From positions 1 through 51,089 of the IMG/VR virus record IMGVR_UViG_3300022879_000005: a DNA stretch of 51,089 bases; one strand, written 5' to 3'. Numbering within the stretch: position 1 is the stretch's first letter; the number at the start of each line of letters is the position of its first letter. Shown in pieces: positions 18,163 through 26,262 of the stretch. The stretch is from a virus (Duplodnaviria > Caudoviricetes). The notes below the pieces were generated by a model. It was given only the letters and a program-made list of their open reading frames with translations, was not told the DNA's origin and made no database searches. The translations under genes and the position numbers were made by a program.

Positions 18163-19401
18163 ATGTCCCTTACTCAGAAGGTTATCCAAAACATAACCAC
18201 GCCGGGAAAGTATCAAGACAAATACGGCCTGGCTTTGCGCGTTTCGCCGAAGGGCTCTAAAGCCTGGATTGTTCGCTATACATTCGATGGCGAGCGCAGA
18301 GACGACGGTCTGGGAAAGTTTCCAGACGTTTCACTGGCCGAGGCGAGAGAAACCGCCATGGCTATACGCCTTTCTGCGCGCAAAGGAATAGATCCACGCG
18401 CTGAAAAGGAACGATTAAAAGAGTTGGCCAAGTCAGCGGCCACTTTTGAAGAAGACGCTAACGCATTCATTGCGCGGCATCGTCACGGCTGGTCGCAGGC
18501 ACACGCCCATCAATGGGAAGCGTCAATGCGTGATCATGTTTTCCCAATAATTGGCAATAAAGCAGTTTGTGCAATTGACACAAAAATCGTGCTTTCTGTG
18601 CTTGAACCGATCTGGAGAGACAAGCCGGAGACGGCGCGCCGCGTGCGCAACAGGCTGGAGCGGGTCCTGGACTACTCCAAGACCCTGGGTCACAGAGACG
18701 GGGATAACCCCGCCCGCTGGCGTGGTCACATACAGAACCTTCTTTCCAATGTATTGCCAACTCCAATTCCTTTGGAGTCAATGAGTTATATAGCTCTGCC
18801 TAGTTTTATGCGCAAACTAGAAGCCGAAGACTCAAGGGCTGCGCGCTGCCTTCAATTCCTTATATTGACAGGTTGCCGAACCTCGGAAGCAATGGGTGCT
18901 AAATGGGAAGAGATAGACTGGGAACATTCAGTCTGGCGTATTCCGGCCGAGCGCATGAAAGGTAAAGAAGAACACGAAATTCCTTTAAGCCAGGCGGCTT
19001 TAACCGTGCTTAAAGAGGTTGGAACACGCGGCCGCAGCGAGTTTATATTCTCGAATCGTTCATACACTGGTGAAATGGCCAACAACTCGTTGCGCCGGCT
19101 GATGACCAAGCTGGGGGAGGATTGCACCGTGCACGGATTCCGCGCGACCTTCCGCACCTGGTTACAGGAGAAAACGGATTTCTCGAACGAGCTTTGCGAA
19201 ACTGCGCTGGCGCACGTCGTCGGCAACCTTACCCAGCGGGCCTACACCCGCGGTAAGCAGCTCGAAAAGCGTAGGCCCATGATGGATAAATGGGCTCGTT
19301 TTGCAGTTGAACGGATGCAACCACCTGTACCCCGACAAGGCATGAGTCCGGTGCTAGCCTCACGCACCCCCATACTCAAGCCTCTACAGCCGTTCACCTG
19401 A
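18163..19401 (+). CDS. int: P4-like tyrosine integrase with arm-binding domain
   Basis: N-terminal GL.LRV...G.K.W..RY...G..P.VSL.EAR; catalytic R (GCRTSE), K, HGFR, LAH and Y are intact. Confidence 0.95.
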   Translation: MSLTQKVIQNITTPGKYQDKYGLALRVSPKGSKAWIVRYTFDGERRDDGLGKFPDVSLAEARETAMAIRLSARKGIDPRAEKERLKELAKSAATFEEDANAFIARHRHGWSQAHAHQWEASMRDHVFPIIGNKAVCAIDTKIVLSVLEPIWRDKPETARRVRNRLERVLDYSKTLGHRDGDNPARWRGHIQNLLSNVLPTPIPLESMSYIALPSFMRKLEAEDSRAARCLQFLILTGCRTSEAMGAKWEEIDWEHSVWRIPAERMKGKEEHEIPLSQAALTVLKEVGTRGRSEFIFSNRSYTGEMANNSLRRLMTKLGEDCTVHGFRATFRTWLQEKTDFSNELCETALAHVVGNLTQRAYTRGKQLEKRRPMMDKWARFAVERMQPPVPRQGMSPVLASRTPILKPLQPFT

Positions 19402-19470
19402 TAGCAAGAAACGCCCAAAACCCCACAGCCATTGGCCTGGGGTTAGGGGCGTTCGGGGTAGGAAACTTCA

Positions 19471-19507
19471 AAGGCTGTGAGCCCCGATTGCAGGTGCTCA
19501 CAGCCTG
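19471..19507. terminator. hairpin between convergent int and lysis operon
   Basis: AGGCTGTGAGC...GCTCACAGCCT 11-bp stem. Confidence 0.5.
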
Positions 19508-19511
19508 GCAT

Positions 19512-20006
19512 TCAAGCAAGCCGGCGGGGTTTAAGATCCCGGATCTTGAACCGCACACGGTAGTCGGCGATTTCTTCATCGGTTAGCACCGACACATCAA
19601 AATCCCCCCATGTCACGCCTGCAGCCTGGCAATCATCCCAAGCATGCCAGCCGCCCAGCTCAAGCCCAGTATGCAGTGCACTGCCCTGCAGGGAACTGGC
19701 GCCTTGCAGCACACACATTTCGGCAAACAGGCTGTCCAGGTCGGCGCGCTTCTCTCCTGTGATCGGGCTCAGCAGGTACCGGGCGTCATGTATCACCCCC
19801 GGTGCTCGATGATCCACCCCGCGGAACAGGCCGGCCGCCAGCGTCGGGATGCTGGCCAGGTCGGTCAGCATGCCGCGCGGCGCCTCATACGTCTTGCCGT
19901 CCCGTGATACGTAATACACCGTATTCATCAGCGTCCACAGCTCGCAGCTCTGCGCCGATCGGAACGGCCGCAGGATAGGCTGGCCGCTAAAGCCCGGTTT
20001 AGACAC
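19512..20006 (-). CDS. DUF1353 domain protein
   Basis: PRG..TDLASIP...P.VIHD..Y......AD..F.E; GTG start overlapping the upstream stop. Confidence 0.8.
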   Translation of the reverse strand: MSKPGFSGQPILRPFRSAQSCELWTLMNTVYYVSRDGKTYEAPRGMLTDLASIPTLAAGLFRGVDHRAPGVIHDARYLLSPITGEKRADLDSLFAEMCVLQGASSLQGSALHTGLELGGWHAWDDCQAAGVTWGDFDVSVLTDEEIADYRVRFKIRDLKPRRLA

Positions 20007-20487
20007 TGCGCGTGGCCTTGATCGCCTCCGCCACGGTGCCCGGTACCGGTGCCTCTTCGGCGCCGATCGCCAGCTTGCCGTCAGCCTCGGGCACCGTGGT
20101 TTCGTCATGCTTGGCGGTCGATTCCGCGCGAATCGCCTGGATCACGTCGGCCTGTTCCTGGGTCAGGCGACCATCGGCCACGGCCTTGGCGATCGCCGAA
20201 TCGATCAGCTCGGCGGCCTTCTCCTGCGCCACCACCTGCAGCTTGCCGTCCAGGGTGGCGTCACCGTTGACCACGTCGCACAGGCCGGTGTTGTACACCT
20301 TGCCGGCGACCACCAGCTGCGCCACGGCGCGCTTGGCCGGGCTCATGGAGCAGTAACCGGATACCGCGCTGGATGCGTCGGAGTAGACCGCACCGCCCAC
20401 GGTGGACACGACATGGCCAACGGTGGAACAGGCGGCCACGGTGGCCAGCGCCAGGCCCATAACGGCGCCGATCAGGATTTTACGCAT
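19999..20487 (-). CDS. lipoprotein in the lysis cassette (possibly spanin-related)
   Basis: MRK + hydrophobic stretch + VAAC lipobox; GGAG RBS. Confidence 0.7.
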   Translation of the reverse strand: MRKILIGAVMGLALATVAACSTVGHVVSTVGGAVYSDASSAVSGYCSMSPAKRAVAQLVVAGKVYNTGLCDVVNGDATLDGKLQVVAQEKAAELIDSAIAKAVADGRLTQEQADVIQAIRAESTAKHDETTVPEADGKLAIGAEEAPVPGTVAEAIKATRSV

Positions 20488-20537
20488 AGGACAATCTCCA
20501 TTTGTTGCATTGGTTTATGGGTGAAACAGGGGGGAAT

Positions 20538-21113
20538 TCAGGCCTGCAGGTCGCGCAGGCAATGGGCGCGCTCGGCTTCGCGGCGCTTTTTGATGCCAGG
20601 CATCCACTTGGGGTTGAGCCATTGCATGATTTGCTCGCAGGCGCCGACGCGATCGCCGGCACGCAGCTTGCGCACCAGGGTGCTGGGCTGGCCGTTCGCC
20701 TTGAGGGCAAAAAGCCCGTCCTTGACGCCTTTGCCACCTGGGCCAAGGTTGTCGTAGAAGCTGTTGTAGGCCTCTTGCTCGCCTAAGCTCAGGTCCTTGT
20801 AGGTGATGGGCCCGCTGGCCGACTGGATGGCGCCGATACGGCGCTGCAGCACGTCCTGGTTGGCCTCGATACGAACCACCAGCGTTTCAGCGCATTCTTC
20901 AAGCGTGCGGGCCGGCTGGCCGAACTTGACGCCTTGGGTCTGGCCCATGCACTGGGTGGGGATGCCCAGGCCGTCGTCGTAAACGTCCAGGCGTGTGCCT
21001 TCATAGCCCGCGGCTGAAATGGCCATGGTGATGACCAGGGCGAGGGTTTTCTTGCGCTGGCCTACGGCCTTGATCGCGCTGGAGACTTCAAGCGTTGTCG
21101 GAATCTTGGCCAT
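20538..21113 (-). CDS. endolysin, GH24 lysozyme, SAR-like
   Basis: E-x8-D-x5-T triad (EGTRLDVYDDGLGIPT) after a hydrophobic segment; G...RRE.E..C C-terminus. Confidence 0.9.
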   Translation of the reverse strand: MAKIPTTLEVSSAIKAVGQRKKTLALVITMAISAAGYEGTRLDVYDDGLGIPTQCMGQTQGVKFGQPARTLEECAETLVVRIEANQDVLQRRIGAIQSASGPITYKDLSLGEQEAYNSFYDNLGPGGKGVKDGLFALKANGQPSTLVRKLRAGDRVGACEQIMQWLNPKWMPGIKKRREAERAHCLRDLQA

Positions 21114-21345
21114 CGTCGGCACTCCCTGTGGTTTTGCTGAGGAAATGAATGGCCACGTTCAAGGACTTGAGCACGGCAGATACCGCGCCGTAGATGGCCG
21201 GATCTACCAGGCCCTGCCCGTCCAGGCAGGCCCAGGCGATCACCACGCCATCGAGAACGATGCCGGCGGCAACCAAAGTGACGTTGAACGGCCTGGCGCC
21301 GCGGGCGCAGCGCTTTACCACGTTGTCTTGGGGCTTATCGGCCAC
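21088..21345 (-). CDS. putative holin (2 TM)
   Basis: Two TM helices, directly upstream of the endolysin; AAGGAGG RBS before GTG. Confidence 0.6.
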   Translation of the reverse strand: MADKPQDNVVKRCARGARPFNVTLVAAGIVLDGVVIAWACLDGQGLVDPAIYGAVSAVLKSLNVAIHFLSKTTGSADDGQDSDNA

Positions 21346-21640
21346 GGGCGTCGACCTCCTTCCGCAGCTGCTTGAGCTCAAAGCCCTGCTGCAGCACGGT
21401 GGTCTGCAGGCTGGAAACGTCCTTGGTGGTCGCGTCCTGGGTGCTCTTGAACTGGCTCAGGTCGCGCTGTACCAGGGCAATGTCCTTGCCGAAACCGTTG
21501 ATAGAAGACTGGATGCTGTCGAGCTTGCCGACGACGGTGGAGCAGAGGCCAATGAGGGCGGCGCCAGCTAGGGTTTGGGCCAGCTTGAGGGCGCCCTTAG
21601 CCAGTGGTGAGTCCAGCAAACGCTGAGTGTCGGCGGCCAT
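21335..21640 (-). CDS. putative holin/antiholin (1 TM plus coiled coil)
   Basis: First gene of the lysis operon. Confidence 0.55.
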   Translation of the reverse strand: MAADTQRLLDSPLAKGALKLAQTLAGAALIGLCSTVVGKLDSIQSSINGFGKDIALVQRDLSQFKSTQDATTKDVSSLQTTVLQQGFELKQLRKEVDARGR

Positions 21641-21673
21641 TTGTCAATCTCGTGAATCCGTGTAGTTGCACGT

Positions 21674-21715
21674 ATTTTCACGTCACAAATGGCCGCTCCC
21701 CGGGCGGGGTTTGCG
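21674..21715 (-). promoter_or_regulatory. late promoter 1 (CGCAAAC-N29-GAAAAT)
   Basis: One of eight copies with identical spacing. Confidence 0.75.
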
Positions 21716-21720
21716 CCGAT

Positions 21721-21999
21721 TTACGGATGCTTGGCCAGTATCTCGGCGATGTTGGATAGCCCCTTGATCATCGAGTCAAGGCGGTTGATCTGCGCGGCGA
21801 TGGCTTTGCCTTCGTTCTCCCGGGTTTTCTTCCAGTTCTCGAAGGGTTTGCTCGCAAACAGCTTCCTGATTCGGTCGTCTGTGAGCTTGCCGCACTGCAC
21901 CAGGTCCTGGCCGAAGTACAGCGCCAGGTCGGCGCGGATCGCGTTATAGGAATCCCATAATCTGACGCGCTCGCTCGCTGATGCAGGAATGGGGAGGAA
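21721..21999 (-). CDS. +1-frame extension of the tail assembly chaperone (GT-like), no upstream ATG of its own
   Basis: 93-codon open frame FLPIP...WDSYNAIRADLALYFGQD...HP*, overlapping the upstream gene from a CGC TTT CCT site. Confidence 0.65.
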   Translation of the reverse strand, partial: FLPIPASASERVRLWDSYNAIRADLALYFGQDLVQCGKLTDDRIRKLFASKPFENWKKTRENEGKAIAAQINRLDSMIKGLSNIAEILAKHP

Positions 22000-22717
22000 A
22001 GCGGGCCGGTGCTAACTCTGGCACCCCCTTTTCAGCGTTCGGCTCGCTGACCTGGTTGGCTACCACGCCATGCAGGTTCGTCACCGCGTGCACAAAGTGG
22101 GCGGCCTGCTGCTCGCACTGGCGGTAGTAGTCGAACTGACTGACAAACGTCTGGTCATCGAGCTTGCGCACCTCACGGATGCGCTCCAGCAGTGCCGCTT
22201 CGTACTGGGCGTCATCGTTGTAGGGCAGCGGGCCCTTCTCTGCCTCGTACAGGCAGGCGGCCATGGTGGCGGCCCACCAGCTGTAGTTGTTCTTTTTGAA
22301 GGTGCCACCTTCGATCAGGGTTTCGATCGCCTCGGCCTGGTAGCCCAGCATGGGGCTGTAGACCATCTGCTTGCCGTCGAACTCGAAACCAATCTTTTCC
22401 ACCTCGGGCGTGAAGTCGGTCATGCCCAGAAGGTAGTCGTGAAAGTGACCTTTGCCGATCGGGAAATCTGGCCCGTCTTCCCGGGTGTTACTCATGTAGT
22501 ACGCGGCCACATACATGCGCTCGTTGATCGACCAAAAACGCGGGTCTTTCACGGCGCCGGGGCGGTCGACCGGCTTGCAAATATGGCGGAGCAGCGCGGT
22601 ATAGGTGCGCTGCTCGTACACGGCCGGAATCTCGCAAAGTTCTTCAATCTGGTCCATGTCGAGCACCGACATGGTGACGGAAATGCGCGCGGTATTCAGG
22701 GGGCTGATGTACTTCAT
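21944..22717 (-). CDS. putative tail assembly chaperone
   Basis: Acidic protein downstream of tube-like genes, followed by a frameshift ORF. Confidence 0.6.
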   Translation of the reverse strand: MKYISPLNTARISVTMSVLDMDQIEELCEIPAVYEQRTYTALLRHICKPVDRPGAVKDPRFWSINERMYVAAYYMSNTREDGPDFPIGKGHFHDYLLGMTDFTPEVEKIGFEFDGKQMVYSPMLGYQAEAIETLIEGGTFKKNNYSWWAATMAACLYEAEKGPLPYNDDAQYEAALLERIREVRKLDDQTFVSQFDYYRQCEQQAAHFVHAVTNLHGVVANQVSEPNAEKGVPELAPARFPPHSCISERARQIMGFL

Positions 22718-23394
22718 AGAACTCCGAAGTAGTCGTACTGGCTAAACGTCAGGTTGATGGTGGCGAACTCGTCTGCAGAGCGCGCCTGCTGGGTTTCGCA
22801 CGACACGGGCACCATCGCCCAGGACGCCGAATAGCCGTAGCTCTCTTGCACGGCGCCGTGAGTGACGGTCATCTGGTTGGCGTACTGCGACGGCAAGCCA
22901 AACGTGCCGTCTGGCGCGGCGACGGTCAGCCGGAGCTGGTCAAACCATTGCTTGATTTCACCGTCCACGTCGTAGCAGGTCAGGCGCAGCTCCACCGGAT
23001 CGGAGCCCGCAGGAATCTGGGTGAACCCTGAGCCGATCTTGCCCGGCTCCCATCCCAACTGGGTGCCGTTGTAGGAGCACTCAATGGCCAGCAGGTTGAC
23101 TCTGGGGGCAGCAATCCTGCCGATCGGGTCGACAGCGATATGCCACAGGTTGGAGCGCTCGCGGTTGACGCCATTGGCCTCGTCGAACATCTGCTCCAGC
23201 TTGTTCCAGGACAAGCCCCCCAGCAGGATGTTGCCGTACTTCGTGTTTATCGCCTTGTTGCTGGCGCCGACAAGGTTGCCGTTCAGCAGGTCGCGGGCCG
23301 CGGAGGCGTACTTGAGTACGCCGGAGCTAAGCCCGGTGTTTGGCGCTACTGCAGATGCAGCCTGGTACGCCAGGCGCTCGAAGATGTTGGCCAT
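22714..23394 (-). CDS. baseplate / tail-tube-like structural protein
   Basis: LRLTCYD.....WF..L.......DGTFGLP..Y...T.TFSQ, tube-initiator-like; position in tail operon. Confidence 0.6.
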   Translation of the reverse strand: MANIFERLAYQAASAVAPNTGLSSGVLKYASAARDLLNGNLVGASNKAINTKYGNILLGGLSWNKLEQMFDEANGVNRERSNLWHIAVDPIGRIAAPRVNLLAIECSYNGTQLGWEPGKIGSGFTQIPAGSDPVELRLTCYDVDGEIKQWFDQLRLTVAAPDGTFGLPSQYANQMTVTHGAVQESYGYSASWAMVPVSCETQQARSADEFATINLTFSQYDYFGVL

Positions 23395-23771
23395 TAGATC
23401 GACAGGACCTCATAGCAAAATGACTTCGACGGCAGCTCACGCAGGTACACCTCGATCGCTGCATCGCACTCGGCCACAGATCGCCCGAATGGGTCTGCAC
23501 CTTGCGAGCGGGATACCTCGAACGCCGCGGCGTTCTCCCGGTCGTTTTTCAGGTGCCACAGGGGCTTGATCAGCGCCAGCTCACTGTCTGTCAGGTCAGA
23601 ATCGGGCGGCGCGCCGGCTGGATCCGGCTCTGGCTGCACACTGGTAAGGCGCCGGTACCCGCAATACGAAGTGATGGCCTCGCGCAGGTTGCGGGTCACC
23701 TGGTCCTCGTCCAGGGCGCAGCCAATTGGCAGCACGGCAAAGTACTGAGCTACTAATTGGCTGATTTTCAT
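23394..23771 (-). CDS. putative head-tail adaptor-like protein
   Basis: Small helical protein in the tail operon; function inferred from context. Confidence 0.45.
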   Translation of the reverse strand: MKISQLVAQYFAVLPIGCALDEDQVTRNLREAITSYCGYRRLTSVQPEPDPAGAPPDSDLTDSELALIKPLWHLKNDRENAAAFEVSRSQGADPFGRSVAECDAAIEVYLRELPSKSFCYEVLSI

Positions 23772-23773
23772 GG

Positions 23774-24247
23774 TTACTGGTTCGCGAACCAGTGGAAATG
23801 CAGCGTGCCCTGGAACAGCAGGGTTTGCGCATCGTTTTCCCAGTCACGATCAGGGGTATCCATGACCAGCACCAGGTTTTTCAGGTCCTCTTTGCGCTTG
23901 TAGTCATCCGGGCGACCTTCAAACACGGTGGCATCGAGGTAGGCGCCATTGGCAATGTATGCCTTGAGCATGTCGCTCGCCTGGCCAAGCACGGTTTCGT
24001 AGAAGGCAACCGGGCCTTCTTGCTTGGTCTTGACCTGCTTGGGCTGGACCATCAACTGGCCGTTGGGGCCGTAGTACTCGACTACATCGCCAGGGGTGGC
24101 CACCGGCCAGGGGAATTGCTTCACCAGCAGTGGCATATCGGGGAACTGGTCGAACACGATCTGGGCGTCAGATTGGATAACCTTTCGGCCCAGGTCGTTG
24201 GTGTTTTGGAACGTGCGGCTCAATACCGCCATTGCATCTACAGACAT
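23774..24247 (-). CDS. tail tube protein (P1-like)
   Basis: 157 aa, beta-rich, EYYGPNG...FYET..G motif; GAGGG RBS and its own late promoter. Confidence 0.7.
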   Translation of the reverse strand: MSVDAMAVLSRTFQNTNDLGRKVIQSDAQIVFDQFPDMPLLVKQFPWPVATPGDVVEYYGPNGQLMVQPKQVKTKQEGPVAFYETVLGQASDMLKAYIANGAYLDATVFEGRPDDYKRKEDLKNLVLVMDTPDRDWENDAQTLLFQGTLHFHWFANQ

Positions 24248-24282
24248 ACTCAAACCCTCGGGTGCTGGAACAAACAAGGGCC

Positions 24283-24324
24283 ATCGTCACACGTAGAAAA
24301 CCCCCGTTTTCCCGGGGGTTTGCG
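24283..24324 (-). promoter_or_regulatory. late promoter 2 (CGCAAAC-N29-GACGAT); spacer is a terminator hairpin
   Basis: Fixed spacing; AAACCCCCG...CGGGGGTTTT hairpin. Confidence 0.75.
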
Positions 24325-24326
24325 TG

Positions 24327-25496
24327 CTATTTGCGCGAGAAGTACTTGCGGATATCGGGGCGGTCGAGCGCGGTCAGCGTGGACATGTTCACTTGCACCG
24401 TGAGGTCGATGTAGTTGCCCTGGTTATCCCGCGGTGCGTCCAGCGGGTAGTCCAGACTTTCGATTACGGACGGTGGGTAGGTGCGCCCACCATGGGTCAA
24501 GCCCAGCAGCTTGGGCGCCTTGGAGGGGAACAGCGCCTTAATGAACGAATCCACGTCCTTGGTCGTCTGCAGCACCTCGGACAGAATGCCGTCCTCGGCC
24601 AGCTCCTGGGGGAATACCCACTCCAGCAGGCGCGCCAGCGGCGCCTCTACCTCGGACAGCGCGCTGGTGATGGCGCGGAACCGGATACCAAAGGTGAACT
24701 TCACCGGCGGCATGCCGGCGAACACCTGGCGGCTGTTGAGCTTGGTTACGCCCGTGCGGCCCTGCAGGTCGTGCATGATCGACTTGAGTTTGTCGGAGCC
24801 TGCATCCAGGGAGTCGGCAATGGGACCGTCCTTGAATGGGCTGATCGCCTGCAGGGCATTGAGCACAGGGACCAGGCCCCCGGTCTGCAGCATGCCCGTC
24901 AGGGTTGGGGCCTTTGTTTCAGGCCCGGAATTCTCGAACGGCGATTGCCAGTTCTGGGTGATGCTTACGCCGCCACCCTCGACCAGGGGACCATAGACCC
25001 CTGCAAACTCTTTGGTGTCGGCAATGCCCTTGGCATCGCACACGAAAATACGCGCCATGAGCACCTGGGACATACTGCCCCAGTCACTGCCCAGGTCATT
25101 GCTTAGACCCTTGATGCCCAGGATTGAGCCGCCCAGGGGGCCAAGAACGGTCCCCGACAGGGAACCGTCTTCCAGTACAGAAGACAGCTTGCCCTTGACC
25201 TCGCCATAGACCTCGGAAACGGTGGTCTTGCCGCTGAACACGTCGGACACGGTGCTTGTAACCGTCTCGGCGGCGCCGGTGATGGCGCGCAAGTTTGCGT
25301 CACCGCCAACCATGCCGGCGACGGTATCGCGCCCCGCCGCTACCACTCCGCTCACGACCTCTGTGCCGACCCTCCCGGACACGCCAGCGACTGACCCTAG
25401 CAACGTGTTGGAGGTGCTACCCGGGTTGGTCGCAGGGACGCCCGCAATGGACGCCCCCACCAGCCGACCCTGAGAGTCATAGCTAAAGTCAGCCAC
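24327..25496 (-). CDS. baseplate / tail tube initiator-like protein
   Basis: NWQSPFEN...PPVKFTF.I.FRA...EVE.PL..L..W..P...VIES...PLD.P. Confidence 0.6.
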   Translation of the reverse strand: MADFSYDSQGRLVGASIAGVPATNPGSTSNTLLGSVAGVSGRVGTEVVSGVVAAGRDTVAGMVGGDANLRAITGAAETVTSTVSDVFSGKTTVSEVYGEVKGKLSSVLEDGSLSGTVLGPLGGSILGIKGLSNDLGSDWGSMSQVLMARIFVCDAKGIADTKEFAGVYGPLVEGGGVSITQNWQSPFENSGPETKAPTLTGMLQTGGLVPVLNALQAISPFKDGPIADSLDAGSDKLKSIMHDLQGRTGVTKLNSRQVFAGMPPVKFTFGIRFRAITSALSEVEAPLARLLEWVFPQELAEDGILSEVLQTTKDVDSFIKALFPSKAPKLLGLTHGGRTYPPSVIESLDYPLDAPRDNQGNYIDLTVQVNMSTLTALDRPDIRKYFSRK

Positions 25497-25500
25497 AGCC

Positions 25501-26253
25501 TTACTTACCGATCATCTTCATGCGGATGCGCATGGAGCGGGCGCGCTTGCGCTTGGCAGTGCCCGAGAAGGCCTTGCGCTGCATCTTGCGTACAGCGGAC
25601 TTCTGGCCGGCGGTCAGCTTCACGGTACCGCCGATGCGCTTGTTAAGGCGCACCTTCTTACCCTGACGGATGGCCAGCACCTTGCGATAGGTGGCGTCCA
25701 TCATTTCGCCATCCTCGGCATCGCCGTTTACGAAACGGTCGGTGGCGTCCAGCATGGCTTCTTCGCCTTGAGGCATCTTGTCCAGCAGAACGTCATGCAC
25801 GCGAGCAGCAATGTCGTTCTCGAAGTTGTCGAGCAGGGCATCGATATCGTCACCGTCAATGCCGCGGGCTTCCAGGTAGTCGCCCACCAGCTGCGCCAGG
25901 TCGGCGGCGTACTCCGACTCATCGTCGGTCATTTCGCCGTCGCCGTCGGTGGCGTTACCGACCACCAGGGCATACAGACGGTCGCCAAAGCCCTCGCCTT
26001 CGTCCAGGGTGTCGGTGTCGGCCCACTCTTCTACAACAGCGGCCGCCTCGACACGCATTTCATCGGTGAAGACCGATTTAACGTCATCCAGCTGGTGCTC
26101 GCCGTTGCCGGAGCCGGAGCCGTTGCCATTGGCGTTATCCATCATGTTGTTTGGATCGTTTGGCAGCGGCTTGGCGGGCGGCTCGGCAGGGGCCGCGAAT
26201 GCGGCCGCCATGCGGATACGCTGTGCCAGAACGTTGGTCAGCAGATTATCCAT
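25501..26253 (-). CDS. prohead core / scaffolding-like protein
   Basis: Very acidic body and K/R-rich tail (AKRKRARSMRIRMKMIGK), as in T4 gp68-type core proteins; several [ML][ML]D motifs. Confidence 0.65.
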   Translation of the reverse strand: MDNLLTNVLAQRIRMAAAFAAPAEPPAKPLPNDPNNMMDNANGNGSGSGNGEHQLDDVKSVFTDEMRVEAAAVVEEWADTDTLDEGEGFGDRLYALVVGNATDGDGEMTDDESEYAADLAQLVGDYLEARGIDGDDIDALLDNFENDIAARVHDVLLDKMPQGEEAMLDATDRFVNGDAEDGEMMDATYRKVLAIRQGKKVRLNKRIGGTVKLTAGQKSAVRKMQRKAFSGTAKRKRARSMRIRMKMIGK

Positions 26254-26262
26254 AAATCCCCC

